From Eledone cirrhosa (lineage: Eukaryota): a stretch of DNA of 64,000 nucleotides. The stretch is from positions 212,536,001-212,600,000 of the forward strand of contig OZ024742.1 in NCBI GenBank assembly GCA_964016885.1. The letters are read 5' to 3'. The notes under the pieces are model-generated. The model did not search any database. It was not told where the DNA came from and saw only the letters and a program-made list of their open reading frames with translations. The position numbers and the translations under genes were made by a program. Shown here piece by piece: positions 40,401 through 58,400 of the stretch. Position 1 is the stretch's first letter, and each line of letters opens with the position of its first letter.

Positions 40401-43400
40401 CATAATCTATATATGGTCTATGTATGTAGTGCAATAACTATGGCACGAGATTGAAGACATAATCTATATTATGTTCTATGTAAGTAGTGCTATAACTATG
40501 GAACAAGATTGAAGACATAATCTATATTATGTTCTATGTATGTAGTGCTATAACTATGGAACAAGATTGAAGACATAATCTATATATGGTCTATGTATGT
40601 AGTGCTATAACTATGGAACAAGATTGAAGACATAATCTATATTATGTTCTATGTATGTAGTGCTATAACTATGGAACAAGATCGAAGACATAATCTATAT
40701 TATGTTCTACGTATGTAGTGCTATAACTATAGAACAAGATTGAAGACATAATCTATATTATGGTCTATGTATGTAGTGCTATAACTATGGCATAAGATTG
40801 AAGACATAATCTATATTATGTTCTATGTATGTAGTGCTATAACTATGGAACAAGATTGAAGACATAATCTATATTATGGTCTATGTATGTAGTGCTATAA
40901 CTATGGCACAAGATTGAAGACATAATCTATATTATGGTCTATGTATGTAGTGCTATAACTATGGAACAAGATTGAAGACATAATCTATATTATGTTCTAT
41001 GTATGTAGTGCTATAACTATGGAACAAGATTGAAGACATAATCTATATTATGTTCTATGTATGTAGTGCTATAACTATGGCACAAGATTGAAGACATAAT
41101 CTATATTATTGTCTATGTATGTAGTGCTATAACTATGGAACAAGATTGAAGACATAATCTATATAAAGGTCTATGTATGTAGTGCTACAACTATGGAACA
41201 AGATTGAAGACATAATCTATATTATGTTCTATGTATGTAGTGCTATAACTATGGAACAAGATTGAAGACATAATCTATATTATGGTCTATGTATGTAGTG
41301 CTATAACTATGGAACAAGATTGAAGACATAATCTATATATGGTCTATGTATGTAGTGATATAACTATGGAACAAGATTGAAGACATAATCTATATATGGT
41401 CTATGTATGTAGTGCTATAACTATGGAACAAGATTGAAGACAATCTATATATGGTCTATGTATGTAGTGCTATAACTATGGAACAAGATTGAAGACATAA
41501 TCTATATTATGTTCTATGCATGTAGTGCTATAACTATGGAACAAGATTGAAGACATAATCTATATCATGTTCTATGTATGTAGTGCTATAACTATGGAAC
41601 AAGATTGAAGACATAATCTATATATGGTCTATGTATGTAGTGCTATAACTATGAAACAAAACTGAAGACATAATCTATATTATGGTCTATGTATGTAGTG
41701 CTATAACTATGGAACAAGATTGAAGACATAATCTATATTATGGTTTATGTATGTAGTGCTATAACTATGGAACAAGATTGAAGACAATCTATATATGGTC
41801 TATGTATGTAGTGCTATAACTATGGAACAAGATTGAAGACATAATCTATATATGGTCTATGTATGTAGTGCTATAACTATGGAACAAGATTGAAGACATA
41901 ATCTATATTATGTTCTATGTATGTAGTGCTATAACTATGGAACAAGATCGAAGACATAATCTATATTATGATCTACGTATGTAGTGCTATAACTATAGAA
42001 CAAGATTGAAGACATAATCTATATTATGGTCTATGTATGTAGTGCTATAACTATGGCATAAGATTGAAGACATAATCTATATTATGTTCAATGTATGTAG
42101 TGCTATAACTATGGAACAAGATTGAAGACATAATCTATATATGGTCTATGTATGTAGTGCTATAACTATGGAACAAGATTGAAGACATAATCTATATTAT
42201 GTTCTATGTATGTAGTGCTATAACTATGGAACAAGATCGAAGACATAATCTATATTATGATCTACGTATGTAGTGCTATAACTATAGAACAAGATTGAAG
42301 ACATAATCTATATTATGGTCTATGTATGTAGTGCTATAACTATGGCATAAGATTGAAGACATAATCTATATTATGTTCAATGTATGTAGTGCTATAACTA
42401 TGGAACAAGATTGAAGACAAAATCTATATTATGGTCTATGTATGTAGTGCTATAACTATGGCAAAAGATTGAAGACATAATCTATATTATGGTCTATGTA
42501 TGTAGTGCTATAACTATGGAACAAGATTGAAGACATAATCTATATTATGCTCTATGTATGTAGTGCTATAACTATGGAACAAGATTGAAGACATAATCTA
42601 TATTATGTTCTATGTATGTAGTGCTATAACTATGGAACAAGATTGAAGACATAATCTATATATGGTCTATGTATGTAGTGCTATAACTAAGGAACAAGAT
42701 TGAAGACATAATCTATATTATGTTCTATGTATGTAGTGCTATAACTATGAAACAAGATTGAAGACATAATATATATTATGGACTATGTATGTAGTGCTAT
42801 AACTATGGAACAAGATTGAAGACATAATCTATATATGGTCTATGTATGTAGTGCTATAACTATGGAACAAGATTGAAGACATAATCTATATTAGGGTCTA
42901 TGTATGTAGTGCTATAACTATGGAACAAGATTGAAGACATAATCTATATTATGGTTTATGTATGTAGTGCTATAACTATGGAACAAGATTGAAGACATAA
43001 TCTATATTATGATTTATGTATGTAGTGCTATAACTATGGAACAAGATTGAAGACAATCTATATCATGTTCTATGTATGTAGTGCTATAACTATGGAACAA
43101 GATAGAAGTCATAATCTATATTATGGTCTATGTATGTAGTGCTATAACTATGGCACAAGATTGAAGACAATCTATATTATGGTCTATGTATGTAGTTCTA
43201 TAACTATGGAACAAGATTGAAGACATCATCTATGTTATGTTCTATGTATGTAGTGCTATAACTATGGAACAAGATTGAAGACACAATCTATATTATGTTC
43301 TATGTATGTAGTGCTATAACTATGGCACAAGATTGAAGACATAATCTATATTATGGTCTATGTATGTATTGCTATAACTATGGAACAAGATTGAAGACAT

Positions 43401-46400
43401 AATCTATATAAAGGTCTATGTATGTAGTGCTACAACTATGGAACAAGATTGAAGACATAATCTATATTATGTTCTATGTATGTAGTGCTATAACTATGGA
43501 ACAAGATTGAAGACATAATCTATATTATGGTCTATGTATGTAGTGCTATAACTATGGAACAAGATTGAAGACATAATCTATATTATGGTCTATGTATGTA
43601 GTGCTATAGCTATGGAACAAGATTGAAGACAATCTATATTATGTTCTATGTATGTAGTGCTATAACTATGGAACAAGATTGAAGACATAATCTATATTAT
43701 GGTCTATGTATGTATTGCTATAACTATGGAACAAGATTGAAGACATAATCTATATTATGGTCTATGTATGTAGTGCTATAACTATGGCACAAGATTGAAG
43801 ACAATCTATATTATGGTCTATGTATGTAGTGCTATAACTATGGAACAAGATTGAAGACATAATCTATATCATGTTCTATGTATGTAGTGCTATAACTATG
43901 GAACAAGATTGAAGACATAATCTATATTATGCTCTATGTATGTAGTGCTATAACTATGGCACAAGATTAAAGACATAATCTATATTATCTTCTACGTATG
44001 TAGTGCTATAACTATGGAACAAGATTGAAGACATAATCTATATTATGGTCTATGTATGTAGTGCTATAACTATGGAACAAGATTGAAGACATAATCTACA
44101 TTATGGTCTATGTATGCAGTGCTATAACTATGGCACAAGATTGAAAACATAATCTATATTATGGTCTATGTATGTAGTGCTATAACTATGGAACAAGATT
44201 GAAGACATAATCTATATTATGGTTTATGTATGTAGTGCTATAACTATGGAACAAGATTGAAGACATAATCTATATTATGGTCTATGTATGTAGTGCTATA
44301 ACTATGGAACAAGATTGAAGACATAATCTATATTATGGTTTATGTATGTAGTGCTATAACTATGGAACAAGATTGAAGACATAATCTATATTATGATTTA
44401 TGTATGTAGTGCTATAACTATGGAACAAGATTGAAGACATAATCTATATCATGTTCTATGTATGTAGTGCTATAACTATGGAACAAGATAGAAGACATAA
44501 TCTATATTATGGTCTATGTATGTAGTGCTATAACTATGGCACAAGATTGAAGACAATCTATATTATGGTCTATGTATGTAGTTCTATAACTATGGAACAA
44601 GATTGAAGACATCATCTATATTATGTTCTATGTATGTAGTGCTATAACTATGGAACAAGATTGAAGACATAATCTATATTATGTTCTATGTATGTAGTGC
44701 TATAACTATGGCACAAGATTGAAGACATAATCTATATTATGGTCTATGTATGTATTGCTATAACTATGGAACAAGATTGAAGACATAATCTATATAAAGG
44801 TCTATGTATGTAGTGCTACAACTATGGAACAAGATTGAAGACATAATCTATATTATGTTCTATGTATGTAGTGCTATAACTATGGAACAAGATTGAAGAC
44901 ATAATCTATATTATGGTCTATGTATGTAGTGCTATAACTATGGAACAAGATTGAAGACATAATCTATATTATGGTCTATGTAAGTAGTGCTATAGCTATG
45001 GAACAAGATTGAAGACAATCTATATTATGTTCTATGTATGTAGTGCTATAACTATGGAACAAGATTGAAGACATAATCTATATTATGGTCTATGTATGTA
45101 TTGCTATAACTATGGAACAAGATTGAAGACATAATCTATATTATGGTCTATGTATGTAGTGCTATAACTATGGCACAAGATTGAAGACAATCTATATTAT
45201 GGTCTATGTATGTAGTGCTATAACTATGGAACAAGATTGAAGACATAATCTATATTATGCTCTATGTATGTAGTGCTATAACTATGGCACAAGATTAAAG
45301 ACATAATCTATATTATCTTCTACGTATGTAGTGCTATAACTATGGAACAAGATTGAAGACATAATCTATATTATGGTCTATGTATGTAGTGCTATAACTA
45401 TGGAACAAGATTGAAGACATAATCTATATTATGGTCTATGTATGCAGTGCTATAACTATGGCACAAGATTGAAAACATAATCTATATTATGGTCTATGTA
45501 TGTAGTGCTATAACTATGGAACAAGATTGAAGACATAATCTATATTATGGTCTATGTATGTAGTGCTATAACTATGGAACAAGATTGAAGACATAATCTA
45601 TATTATGTTCTATGGATGTAGTGCTATAATTATGGAACAAGATTGAAGACATAATCTATATTATGTTCTATGTATGTAGTGCTATAACTATGGAACAAGA
45701 TTGAAGACATGATCTATATTATGGTCTATGTATGTAGTGCTATAACTATGGAACAAGATTGAAGACATAATCTATATTATGGTCTATGTATGTAGTGCTA
45801 TAACTATGGCACAAGATTGAAGACATAATCTATATTATGGTTTATGTATGTAGTGCTATAACTATGGAACAAGATTGAAGACATAATCTATATTATGTTC
45901 TATGTATGTAGTGCTATAACTATGGAACAAGATTGAAGACATAATCTATATATGGTCTATGTATGTAGTGCTATAACTATGGAACAAGATTGAAGACATA
46001 ATCTATATTATGTTCTATGTATGTAGTGCTATAACTATGGAACAAGATCGAAGACATAATCTATATTATGTTCTACGTATGTAGTGCTATAACTATAGAA
46101 CAAGATTGAAGACATAATCTATATTATGGTCTATGTATGTAGTGCTATAACTATGGCATAAGATTGAAGACATAATCTATATTATGTTCTATGTATGTAG
46201 TGCTATAACTATGGAACAAGATTGAAGACATAATCTATATTATGGTCTATGTATGTAGTGCTATAACTATGGCACAAGATTGAAGACATAATCTATATTA
46301 TGGTCTATGTATGTAGTGCTATAACTATGGAACAAGATTGAAGACATAATCTATATTATGTTCTATGTATGTAGTGCTATAACTATGGAACAAGATTGAA

Positions 46401-49400
46401 GACATAATCTATATTATGGTCTATGTATGTAGTGCTATAACTATGGCAAAAGATTGAAGACATAATCTATATTATGGTCTATGTATGTAGTGCTATAACT
46501 ATGGAACAAGATTGAAGACATAATCTATATTATGTTCTATGTATGTAGTGCTATAACTATGGAACAAGATTGAAGACATAATCTATATTATGTTCTATGT
46601 ATGTAGTGCTATAACTATGGAACAAGATTGAAGACATAATCTATATATGGTCTATGTATGTAGTGCTATAACTATGGAACAAGATTGAAGACATAATCTA
46701 TATTATGTTCTATGTATGTAGTGCTATAACTATGAAACAAGATTGAAGACATAATCTATATTATGGTCTATGTATGTAGTGCTATAACTATGGAACAAGA
46801 TTGAAGACATAATCTATATTATGGTCTATGTATGTAGTGCTATAACTATGGCAAAAGATTGAAGACATAATCGATATTATGGTCTATGTATGTAGTGCTA
46901 TAACTATGGAACAAGATTGAAGACATAATTTATATATGGTCTATGTATGTAGTGCTATAACTATGGAACAAGATTGAAGACATAATCTATATTATGTTCT
47001 ATGTATGTAGTGCTATAACTATGGAACAAGATTGAAGACATAATCTATATTATGTTCTATGTATGTAGTGCTATAACTATGGAACAAGATTGAAGACATA
47101 ATCTATATTATGTTCTATGTATGTAGTGCTATAACTATGGAACAAGATTGAAGACATAATCTATATTATGGTCTATGTATGTAGTGCTATAACTATGGAA
47201 CAAGATTGAAGACATAATCAATATTATGGTCTATGTATGTAGTGCTATAACTATGGCACAAGATTGAAGACATAATCTATATTATGGTTTATGTTTGTCG
47301 TGCTATAACTATGGAACAAGATTGAAGACATAATCTATATTATGTTCTATGTATGTAGTGCTATAACTATGGAACAAGATTGAAGACATAATCTATATAT
47401 GGTCTATGTATGTAGTGCTATAACTATGGAACAAGATTGAAGACATAATCTATATTATGTTCTATGTATGTAGTGCTATAACTATGGAACAAGATTGAAG
47501 ACATAATCTATATTATGTTCTATGTATGTAGTGGTATAACTATGAAACAAGATCAAAGACATAATCTATATTATGTTCTATGTATGTAGTGCTATAACTA
47601 TGGAACAAGATTGAAGACATAATCTATATTATGGTCTATGTATGTAGTGCTATAACTATGGAACAAGATTGAAGACATAATCTATATTATGGTCCATGTA
47701 TGTAGTGCTATAACTATGGCACAAGATTGAAGACATAATCTATATTATGGTTTATGTATGTAGTGCTATAACTATGGAACAAGATTGAAGACATAATCTA
47801 TATTATGTTCTATGTATGTAGTGCTATAGCTATGGAACAAGATTGAAGACATAATCTATATATGGTCTATGTATGTAGTGCTATAACTATGGAACAAGAT
47901 TGAAGACATAATCTATATTATGTTCTATGTATGTAGTGCTATAACTATGGAACAAGATCGAAGACATAATCTATATTATGATCTACGTATGTAGTGCTAT
48001 AACTATGGAACAAGATTGAAGACATAATCTATATTATGGTCTATGTATGTAGTGCTATAACTATGGCAAAAGATTGAAGACATAATCGATATTATGGTCT
48101 ATGTATGTAGTGCTATAACTATGGAACAAGATTGAAGACATAATTTATATATGGTCTATGTATGTAGTGCTATAACTATGGAACAAGATTGAAGACATAA
48201 TCTATATTATGTTCTATGTATGTAGTGCTATAACTATGGAACAAGATTGAAGACATAATCTATATTATGTTCTATGTATGTAGTGCTATAACTATGGAAC
48301 AAGATTGAAGACATAATCTATATTATGTTCTATGTATGTAGTGCTATAACTATGGAACAAGATTGAAGACATAATCTATATTATGGTCTATGTATGTAGT
48401 GCTATAACTATGGAACAAGATTGAAGACATAATCAATATTATGGTCTATGTATGTAGTGCTATAACTATGGCACAAGATTGAAGACATAATCTATATTAT
48501 GGTTTATGTTTGTCGTGCTATAACTATGGAACAAGATTGAAGACATAATCTATATTATGTTCTATGTATGTAGTGCTATAACTATGGAACAAGATTGAAG
48601 ACATAATCTATATATGGTCTATGTATGTAGTGCTATAACTATGGAACAAGATTGAAGACATAATCTATATTATGTTCTATGTATGTAGTGCTATAACTAT
48701 GGAACAAGATTGAAGACATAATCTATATTATGTTCTATGTATGTAGTGGTATAACTATGAAACAAGATCAAAGACATAATCTATATTATGTTCTATGTAT
48801 GTAGTGCTATAACTATGGAACAAGATTGAAGACATAATCTATATTATGGTCTATGTATGTAGTGCTATAACTATGGAACAAGATTGAAGACATAATCTAT
48901 ATTATGGTCCATGTATGTAGTGCTATAACTATGGCACAAGATTGAAGACATAATCTATATTATGGTTTATGTATGTAGTGCTATAACTATGGAACAAGAT
49001 TGAAGACATAATCTATATTATGTTCTATGTATGTAGTGCTATAGCTATGGAACAAGATTGAAGACATAATCTATATTATGTTCAATGTATGTAGTGCTAT
49101 AACTATGGAACAAGATTGAAGACATAATCTATATTATGGTCTATGTATGTAGTGCTATAACTATGGCACAAGATTGAAGACATAATCTATATTATGTTCT
49201 ATGTATGTAGTGCTATAACTATGGAACAAGATTGAAGACAATCTATATATGGTCTATGTATGTAGTGCTATAACTATGGAACAAGATTGAAGACATAATC
49301 TATATTATGTTCTATGTATGTAGTGCTATAACTATGAAACAAGATTGAAGACAATCTATATTATGTTCTATGTATGTAGTGCTATAACTATGGAACAAGA

Positions 49401-52400
49401 TTGAAGACATAATCTATATTATGGTCTATGTATGTAGTGCTATAACTATGGAACAAGATTGAAGACATAATCAATATTATGGTCTATGTATGTATGTAGT
49501 GCTATAACTATGGCACAAGATTGAAGACATAATCTATATTATGGTTTATGTATGTCGTGCTATAACTATGGAACAAGATTGAAGACATAATCTAAATATG
49601 GTCTATGTATGTAGTGCTATAACTATGGAACAAGATTGAAGACATAATCTATATTATGTTCTATGTATGTAGTGCTATAACTATGGAACAAGATCAAAGA
49701 CATAATCTATATTATGTTCTATGTATGTAGTGCTATAACTATAGAAAAAGATTGAAGACATAATCTATATTATGGTCTATGTATGTAGTGCTATAAGTAT
49801 GGCACAAGATTGAAGACAATCTATATTATGTTCTATGTATGTAGTGCTATAACTATGGAACAAGATTGAAGACATAATCTATATTATGGTCTATGTATGT
49901 AGTGCTATTACTATGGAACAAGATTGAAGACATAATCTATATTATGATCTATGTATGTAGTGCTATAACTATGGCACAAGATTTAAGACATAATCTATAT
50001 TATGGTCTATGTATGTAGTGCTACAACTATGGAACAAGATTGAAGACATAATCTATATTATGGTCTATGTATGTAGTGCTATAACTATGGAACAAGATTG
50101 AAGACATAATCTATATTATGTTCTATGTATGTAGTGCCATAACTATGGAACAAGATTGAAGACATAATCTATATTATGTTCTATGTATGTAGTGCTATAA
50201 CTATGGAACAAGATTGAAGACATAATCTATATTATGGTCTATGTATGTAGTGCTATAACTATGGCACAAGATTGAAGACAATCTATATTATGGTCTATGT
50301 ATGTAGTGCTATAACTATGGAACAAGATTGAAGACATAATCTATATATGGTTTATGTATGTAGTGCTATAACTATGGAACAAGATTGAAGACATAATCTA
50401 TATTATGATTTATGTATGTAGTGCTATAACTATGGAACAAGATTGAAGACATAATCTATATCATGTTCTATGTATGTAGTGCTATAACTATGGAACAAGA
50501 TTGAAGACATAATCTATATTATGGTCTATGTATGTAGTGCTATAACTATGGCACAAGATTGAAGACAATCTATATTATGGTCTATGTATGTAGTTCTATA
50601 ACTATGGAACAAGATTGAAGACATCATCTATATTATCTTCTATGTATGTAGTGCTATAACTATGGAACAAGATTGAAGACATAATCTATATTATGTTCTA
50701 TGTATGTAGTGCTATAACTATGGCACAAGATTGAAGACATAATCTATATTATGGTCTATGTATGTATTGCTATAACTATGGAACAAGATTGAAGACATAA
50801 TCTATATAAAGTCTATGTATGTAGTGCTATAACTATGGAACAAGATTGAAGACATAATCTATATTATGGTCTATGTATGTAGTGCTATAACTATGGAACA
50901 AGATTGAAGACATAATCTATATTATGGTCTATGTATGTAGTGCTATAGCTATGGAACAAGATTGAAGACAATCTATATTATGTTCTATGTATGTAGTGCT
51001 ATAACTATGGAACAAGATTGAAGACATAATCTATATTATGGTCTATGTATGTAGTGCTATAACTATGGAACAAGATTGAAGACATAATCTATATTATGGT
51101 CTATGTATGTAGTGCTATAACTATGACACAAGATTGAAGACAATCTATATTATGGTCTATGTATGTAGTGCTATAACTATGGAACAAGATTGAAGACATA
51201 ATCTATATTATGCTCTATGTATGTAGTGCTATAACTATGGCACAAGATTAAAGACATAATCTATATTATCTTCTACGTATGTAGTGCTATAACTATGGAA
51301 CAAGATTGAAGACATAATCTATATTATGGTCTATGTATGTAGTGCTATAACTATGGAACAAGATTGAAGACATAATCTATATTATGGTCTATGTATGCAG
51401 TGCTATAACTATGGCACAAGATTGAAAACATAATCTATATTATGGTCTATGTATGTAGTGCTATAACTATGGAACAAGATTGAAGACATAATCTATATTA
51501 TGGTCTATGTATGTAGTGCTATAACTATGGAACAAGATTGAAGACATAATCTATATTATGTTCTATGGATGTAGTGCTATAATTATGGAACAAGATTGAA
51601 GACATAATCTATATTATGTTCTATGTATGTAGTGCTATAACTATGGAACAAGATTGAAGACATGATCTATATTATGGTCTATGTATTTAGTGCTATAACT
51701 ATGGAACAAGATTGAAGACATAATCTATATTATGGTCTATGTATGTAGTGCTATAACTATGGCACAAGATTGAAGACATAATCTATATTATGGTTTATGT
51801 ATGTAGTGCTATAACTATGGAACAAGATTGAAGACATAATCTATATTATGTTCTATGTATGTAGTGCTATAACTATGGAACAAGATTGAAGACATAATCT
51901 ATATATGGTCTATGTATGTAGTGCTATAACTATGGAACAAGATTGAAGACATAATCTATATTATGTTCTATGTATGTAGTGCTATAACTATGGAACAAGA
52001 TCGAAGACATAATCTATATTATGTTCTACGTATGTAGTGCTATAACTATAGAACAAGATTGAAGACATAATCTATATTATGGTCTATGTATGTAGTGCTA
52101 TAACTATGGCATAAGATTGAAGACATAATCTATATTATGTTCTATGTATGTAGTGCTATAACTATGGAACAAGATTGAAGACATAATCTATATTATGGTC
52201 TATGTATGTAGTGCTATAACTATGGCACAAGATTGAAGACATAATCTATATTATGGTCTATGTATGTAGTGCTATAACTATGGAACAAGATTGAAGACAT
52301 AATCTATATTATGTTCTATGTATGTAGTGCTATAACTATGGAACAAGATTGAAGACATAATCTATATTATGGTCTATGTATGTAGTGCTATAACTATGGC

Positions 52401-55400
52401 AAAAGATTGAAGACATAATCTATATTATGGTCTATGTATGTAGTGCTATAACTATGGAACAAGATTGAAGACATAATCTATATTATGTTCTATGTATGTA
52501 GTGCTATAACTATGGAACAAGATTGAAGACATAATCTATATTATGTTCTATGTATGTAGTGCTATAACTATGGAACAAGATTGAAGACATAATCTATATA
52601 TGGTCTATGTATGTAGTGCTATAACTATGGAACAAGATTGAAGACATAATCTATATTATGTTCTATGTATGTAGTGCTATAACTATGGAACAAGATTGAA
52701 GACATAATCTATATTATGTTCTATGTATGTAGTGCTATAGCTATGGAACAAGATTGAAGACATAATCTATATTATGTTCTATGTATGTAGTGCTATAACT
52801 ATGGAACAAGATTGAAGACATAATCTATATTATGTTCTATGTATGTAGTGCTATAACTATGGAACAAGATTGAAGACATAATCTATATTATGGTCTATGT
52901 ATGTAGTGCTATAACTATGGAACAAGATTGAAGACATAATCTATATATGGTCTATGTATGTAGTGCTATAACTATGGAACAAGATTGAAGACATAATCTA
53001 TATTATGTTCTATGTATGTAGTGCTATAACTATGGAACAAGATTGAAGACATAATCTATATTATGTTCTATGTATGTAGTGCTATAACTATGGAACAAGA
53101 TTGAAGACATAATCTATATTATGTTCTATGTATGTAGTGCTATAACTATGGAACAAGATTGAAGACATAATCTATATTATGGTCTATGTATGTAGTGCTA
53201 TAACTATGGAACAAGATTGAAGACATAATCAATATTATGGTCTATGTATGTAGTGCTATAACTATGGCACAAGATTGAAGACATAATCTATATTATGGTT
53301 TATGTTTGTCGTGCTATAACTATGGAACAAGATTGAAGACATAATCTATATTATGTTCTATGTATGTAGTGCTATAACTATGGAACAAGATTGAAGACAT
53401 AATCTATATATGGTCTATGTATGTAGTGCTATAACTATGGAACAAGATTGAAGACATAATCTATATTATGTTCTATGTATGTAGTGCTATAACTATGGAA
53501 CAAGATTGAAGACATAATCTATATTATGTTCTATGTATGTAGTGGTATAACTATGAAACAAGATCAAAGACATAATCTATATTATGTTCTATGTATGTAG
53601 TGCTATAACTATGGAACAAGATTGAAGACATAATCTATATTATGGTCTATGTATGTAGTGCTATAACTATGGAACAAGATTGAAGACATAATCTATATTA
53701 TGGTCCATGTATGTAGTGCTATAACTATGGCACAAGATTGAAGACATAATCTATATTATGGTTTATGTATGTAGTGCTATAACTATGGAACAAGATTGAA
53801 GACATAATCTATATTATGTTCTATGTATGTAGTGCTATAGCTATGGAACAAGATTGAAGACATAATCTATATTATGTTCAATGTATGTAGTGCTATAACT
53901 ATGGAACAAGATTGAAGACATAATCTATATTATGGTCTATGTATGTAGTGCTATAACTATGGCACAAGATTGAAGACATAATCTATATTATGTTCTATGT
54001 ATGTAGTGCTATAACTATGGAACAAGATTGAAGACAATCTATATATGGTCTATGTATGTAGTGCTATAACTATGGAACAAGATTGAAGACATAATCTATA
54101 TTATGTTCTATGTATGTAGTGCTATAACTATGAAACAAGATTGAAGACAATCTATATTATGTTCTATGTATGTAGTGCTATAACTATGGAACAAGATTGA
54201 AGACATAATCTATATTATGGTCTATGTATGTAGTGCTATAACTATGGAACAAGATTGAAGACATAATCAATATTATGGTCTATGTATGTATGTAGTGCTA
54301 TAACTATGGCACAAGATTGAAGACATAATTTATATTATGGTTTATGTATGTCGTGCTATAACTATGGAACAAGATTGAAGACATAATCTAAATATGGTCT
54401 ATGTATGTAGTGCTATAACTATGGAACAAGATTGAAGACATAATCTATATTATGTTCTATGTATGTAGTGCTATAACTATGGAACAAGATCAAAGACATA
54501 ATCTATATTATGTTCTATGTATGTAGTGCTATAACTATAGAAAAAGATTGAAGACATAATCTATATTATGGTCTATGTATGTAGTGCTATAAGTATGGCA
54601 CAAGATTGAAGACAATCTATATTATGTTCTATGTATGTAGTGCTATAACTATGGAACAAGATTGAAGACATAATCTATATTATGGTCTATGTATGTAGTG
54701 CTATTACTATGGAACAAGATTGAAGACATAATCTATATTATGATCTATGTATGTAGTGCTATAACTATGGCACAAGATTTAAGACATAATCTATATTATG
54801 GTCTATGTATGTAGTGCTACAACTATGGAACAAGATTGAAGACATAATCTATATTATGGTCTATGTATGTAGTGCTATAACTATGGAACAAGATTGAAGA
54901 CATAATCTATATTATGTTCTATGTATGTAGTGCCATAACTATGGAACAAGATTGAAGACATAATCTATATTATGTTCTATGTATGTAGTGCTATAACTAT
55001 GGAACAAGATTGAAGACATAATCTATATTATGGTCTATGTATGTAGTGCTATAACTATGGCACAAGATTGAAGACAATCTATATTATGGTCTATGTATGT
55101 AGTGCTATAACTATGGAACAAGATTGAAGACATAATCTATATATGGTTTATGTATGTAGTGCTATAACTATGGAACAAGATTGAAGACATAATCTATATT
55201 ATGATTTATGTATGTAGTGCTATAACTATGGAACAAGATTGAAGACATAATCTATATCATGTTCTATGTATGTAGTGCTATAACTATGGAACAAGATTGA
55301 AGACATAATCTATATTATGGTCTATGTATGTAGTGCTATAACTATGGCACAAGATTGAAGACAATCTATATTATGGTCTATGTATGTAGTTCTATAACTA

Positions 55401-58400
55401 TGGAACAAGATTGAAGACATCATCTATATTATCTTCTATGTATGTAGTGCTATAACTATGGAACAAGATTGAAGACATAATCTATATTATGTTCTATGTA
55501 TGTAGTGCTATAACTATGGCACAAGATTGAAGACATAATCTATATTATGGTCTATGTATGTATTGCTATAACTATGGAACAAGATTGAAGACATAATCTA
55601 TATAAAGTCTATGTATGTAGTGCTATAACTATGGAACAAGATTGAAGACATAATCTATATTATGGTCTATGTATGTAGTGCTATAACTATGGAACAAGAT
55701 TGAAGACATAATCTATATTATGGTCTATGTATGTAGTGCTATAGCTATGGAACAAGATTGAAGACAATCTATATTATGTTCTATGTATGTAGTGCTATAA
55801 CTATGGAACAAGATTGAAGACATAATCTATATTATGGTCTATGTATGTAGTGCTATAACTATGGAACAAGATTGAAGACATAATCTATATTATGGTCTAT
55901 GTATGTAGTGCTATAACTATGACACAAGATTGAAGACAATCTATATTATGGTCTATGTATGTAGTGCTATAACTATGGAACAAGATTGAAGACATAATCT
56001 ATATTATGCTCTATGTATGTAGTGCTATAACTATGGCACAAGATTAAAGACATAATCTATATTATCTTCTACGTATGTAGTGCTATAACTATGGAACAAG
56101 ATTGAAGACATAATCTATATTATGGTCTATGTATGTAGTGCTATAACTATGGAACAAGATTGAAGACATAATCTATATTATGGTCTATGTATGCAGTGCT
56201 ATAACTATGGCACAAGATTGAAAACATAATCTATATTATGGTCTATGTATGTAGTGCTATAACTATGGAACAAGATTGAAGACATAATCTATATTATGGT
56301 CTATGTATGTAGTGCTATAACTATGGAACAAGATTGAAGACATAATCTATATTATGTTCTATGGATGTAGTGCTATAATTATGGAACAAGATTGAAGACA
56401 TAATCTATATTATGTTCTATGTATGTAGTGCTATAACTATGAAACAAGATTGAAGACAATCTATATTATGTTCTATGTATGTAGTGCTATAACTATGGAA
56501 CAAGATTGAAGACATAATCTATATTATGGTCTATGTATGTAGTGCTATAACTATGGAACAAGATTGAAGACATAATCAATATTATGGTCTATGTATGTAT
56601 GTAGTGCTATAACTATGGCACAAGATTGAAGACATAATCTATATTATGGTTTATGTATGTCGTGCTATAACTATGGAACAAGATTGAAGACATAATCTAA
56701 ATATGGTCTATGTATGTAGTGCTATAACTATGGAACAAGATTGAAGACATAATCTATATTATGTTCTATGTATGTAGTGCTATAACTATGGAACAAGATC
56801 AAAGACATAATCTATATTATGTTCTATGTATGTAGTGCTATAACTATAGAAAAAGATTGAAGACATAATCTATATTATGGTCTATGTATGTAGTGCTATA
56901 AGTATGGCACAAGATTGAAGACAATCTATATTATGTTCTATGTATGTAGTGCTATAACTATGGAACAAGATTGAAGACATAATCTATATTATGGTCTATG
57001 TATGTAGTGCTATTACTATGGAACAAGATTGAAGACATAATCTATATTATGATCTATGTATGTAGTGCTATAACTATGGCACAAGATTTAAGACATAATC
57101 TATATTATGGTCTATGTATGTAGTGCTACAACTATGGAACAAGATTGAAGACATAATCTATATTATGGTCTATGTATGTAGTGCTATAACTATGGAACAA
57201 GATTGAAGACATAATCTATATTATGTTCTATGTATGTAGTGCCATAACTATGGAACAAGATTGAAGACATAATCTATATTATGTTCTATGTATGTAGTGC
57301 TATAACTATGGAACAAGATTGAAGACATAATCTATATTATGGTCTATGTATGTAGTGCTATAACTATGGCACAAGATTGAAGACAATCTATATTATGGTC
57401 TATGTATGTAGTGCTATAACTATGGAACAAGATTGAAGACATAATCTATATATGGTTTATGTATGTAGTGCTATAACTATGGAACAAGATTGAAGACATA
57501 ATCTATATTATGATTTATGTATGTAGTGCTATAACTATGGAACAAGATTGAAGACATAATCTATATCATGTTCTATGTATGTAGTGCTATAACTATGGAA
57601 CAAGATTGAAGACATAATCTATATTATGGTCTATGTATGTAGTGCTATAACTATGGCACAAGATTGAAGACAATCTATATTATGGTCTATGTATGTAGTT
57701 CTATAACTATGGAACAAGATTGAAGACATCATCTATATTATCTTCTATGTATGTAGTGCTATAACTATGGAACAAGATTGAAGACATAATCTATATTATG
57801 TTCTATGTATGTAGTGCTATAACTATGGCACAAGATTGAAGACATAATCTATATTATGGTCTATGTATGTATTGCTATAACTATGGAACAAGATTGAAGA
57901 CATAATCTATATAAAGTCTATGTATGTAGTGCTATAACTATGGAACAAGATTGAAGACATAATCTATATTATGGTCTATGTATGTAGTGCTATAACTATG
58001 GAACAAGATTGAAGACATAATCTATATTATGGTCTATGTATGTAGTGCTATAGCTATGGAACAAGATTGAAGACAATCTATATTATGTTCTATGTATGTA
58101 GTGCTATAACTATGGAACAAGATTGAAGACATAATCTATATTATGGTCTATGTATGTAGTGCTATAACTATGGAACAAGATTGAAGACATAATCTATATT
58201 ATGGTCTATGTATGTAGTGCTATAACTATGACACAAGATTGAAGACAATCTATATTATGGTCTATGTATGTAGTGCTATAACTATGGAACAAGATTGAAG
58301 ACATAATCTATATTATGCTCTATGTATGTAGTGCTATAACTATGGCACAAGATTAAAGACATAATCTATATTATCTTCTACGTATGTAGTGCTATAACTA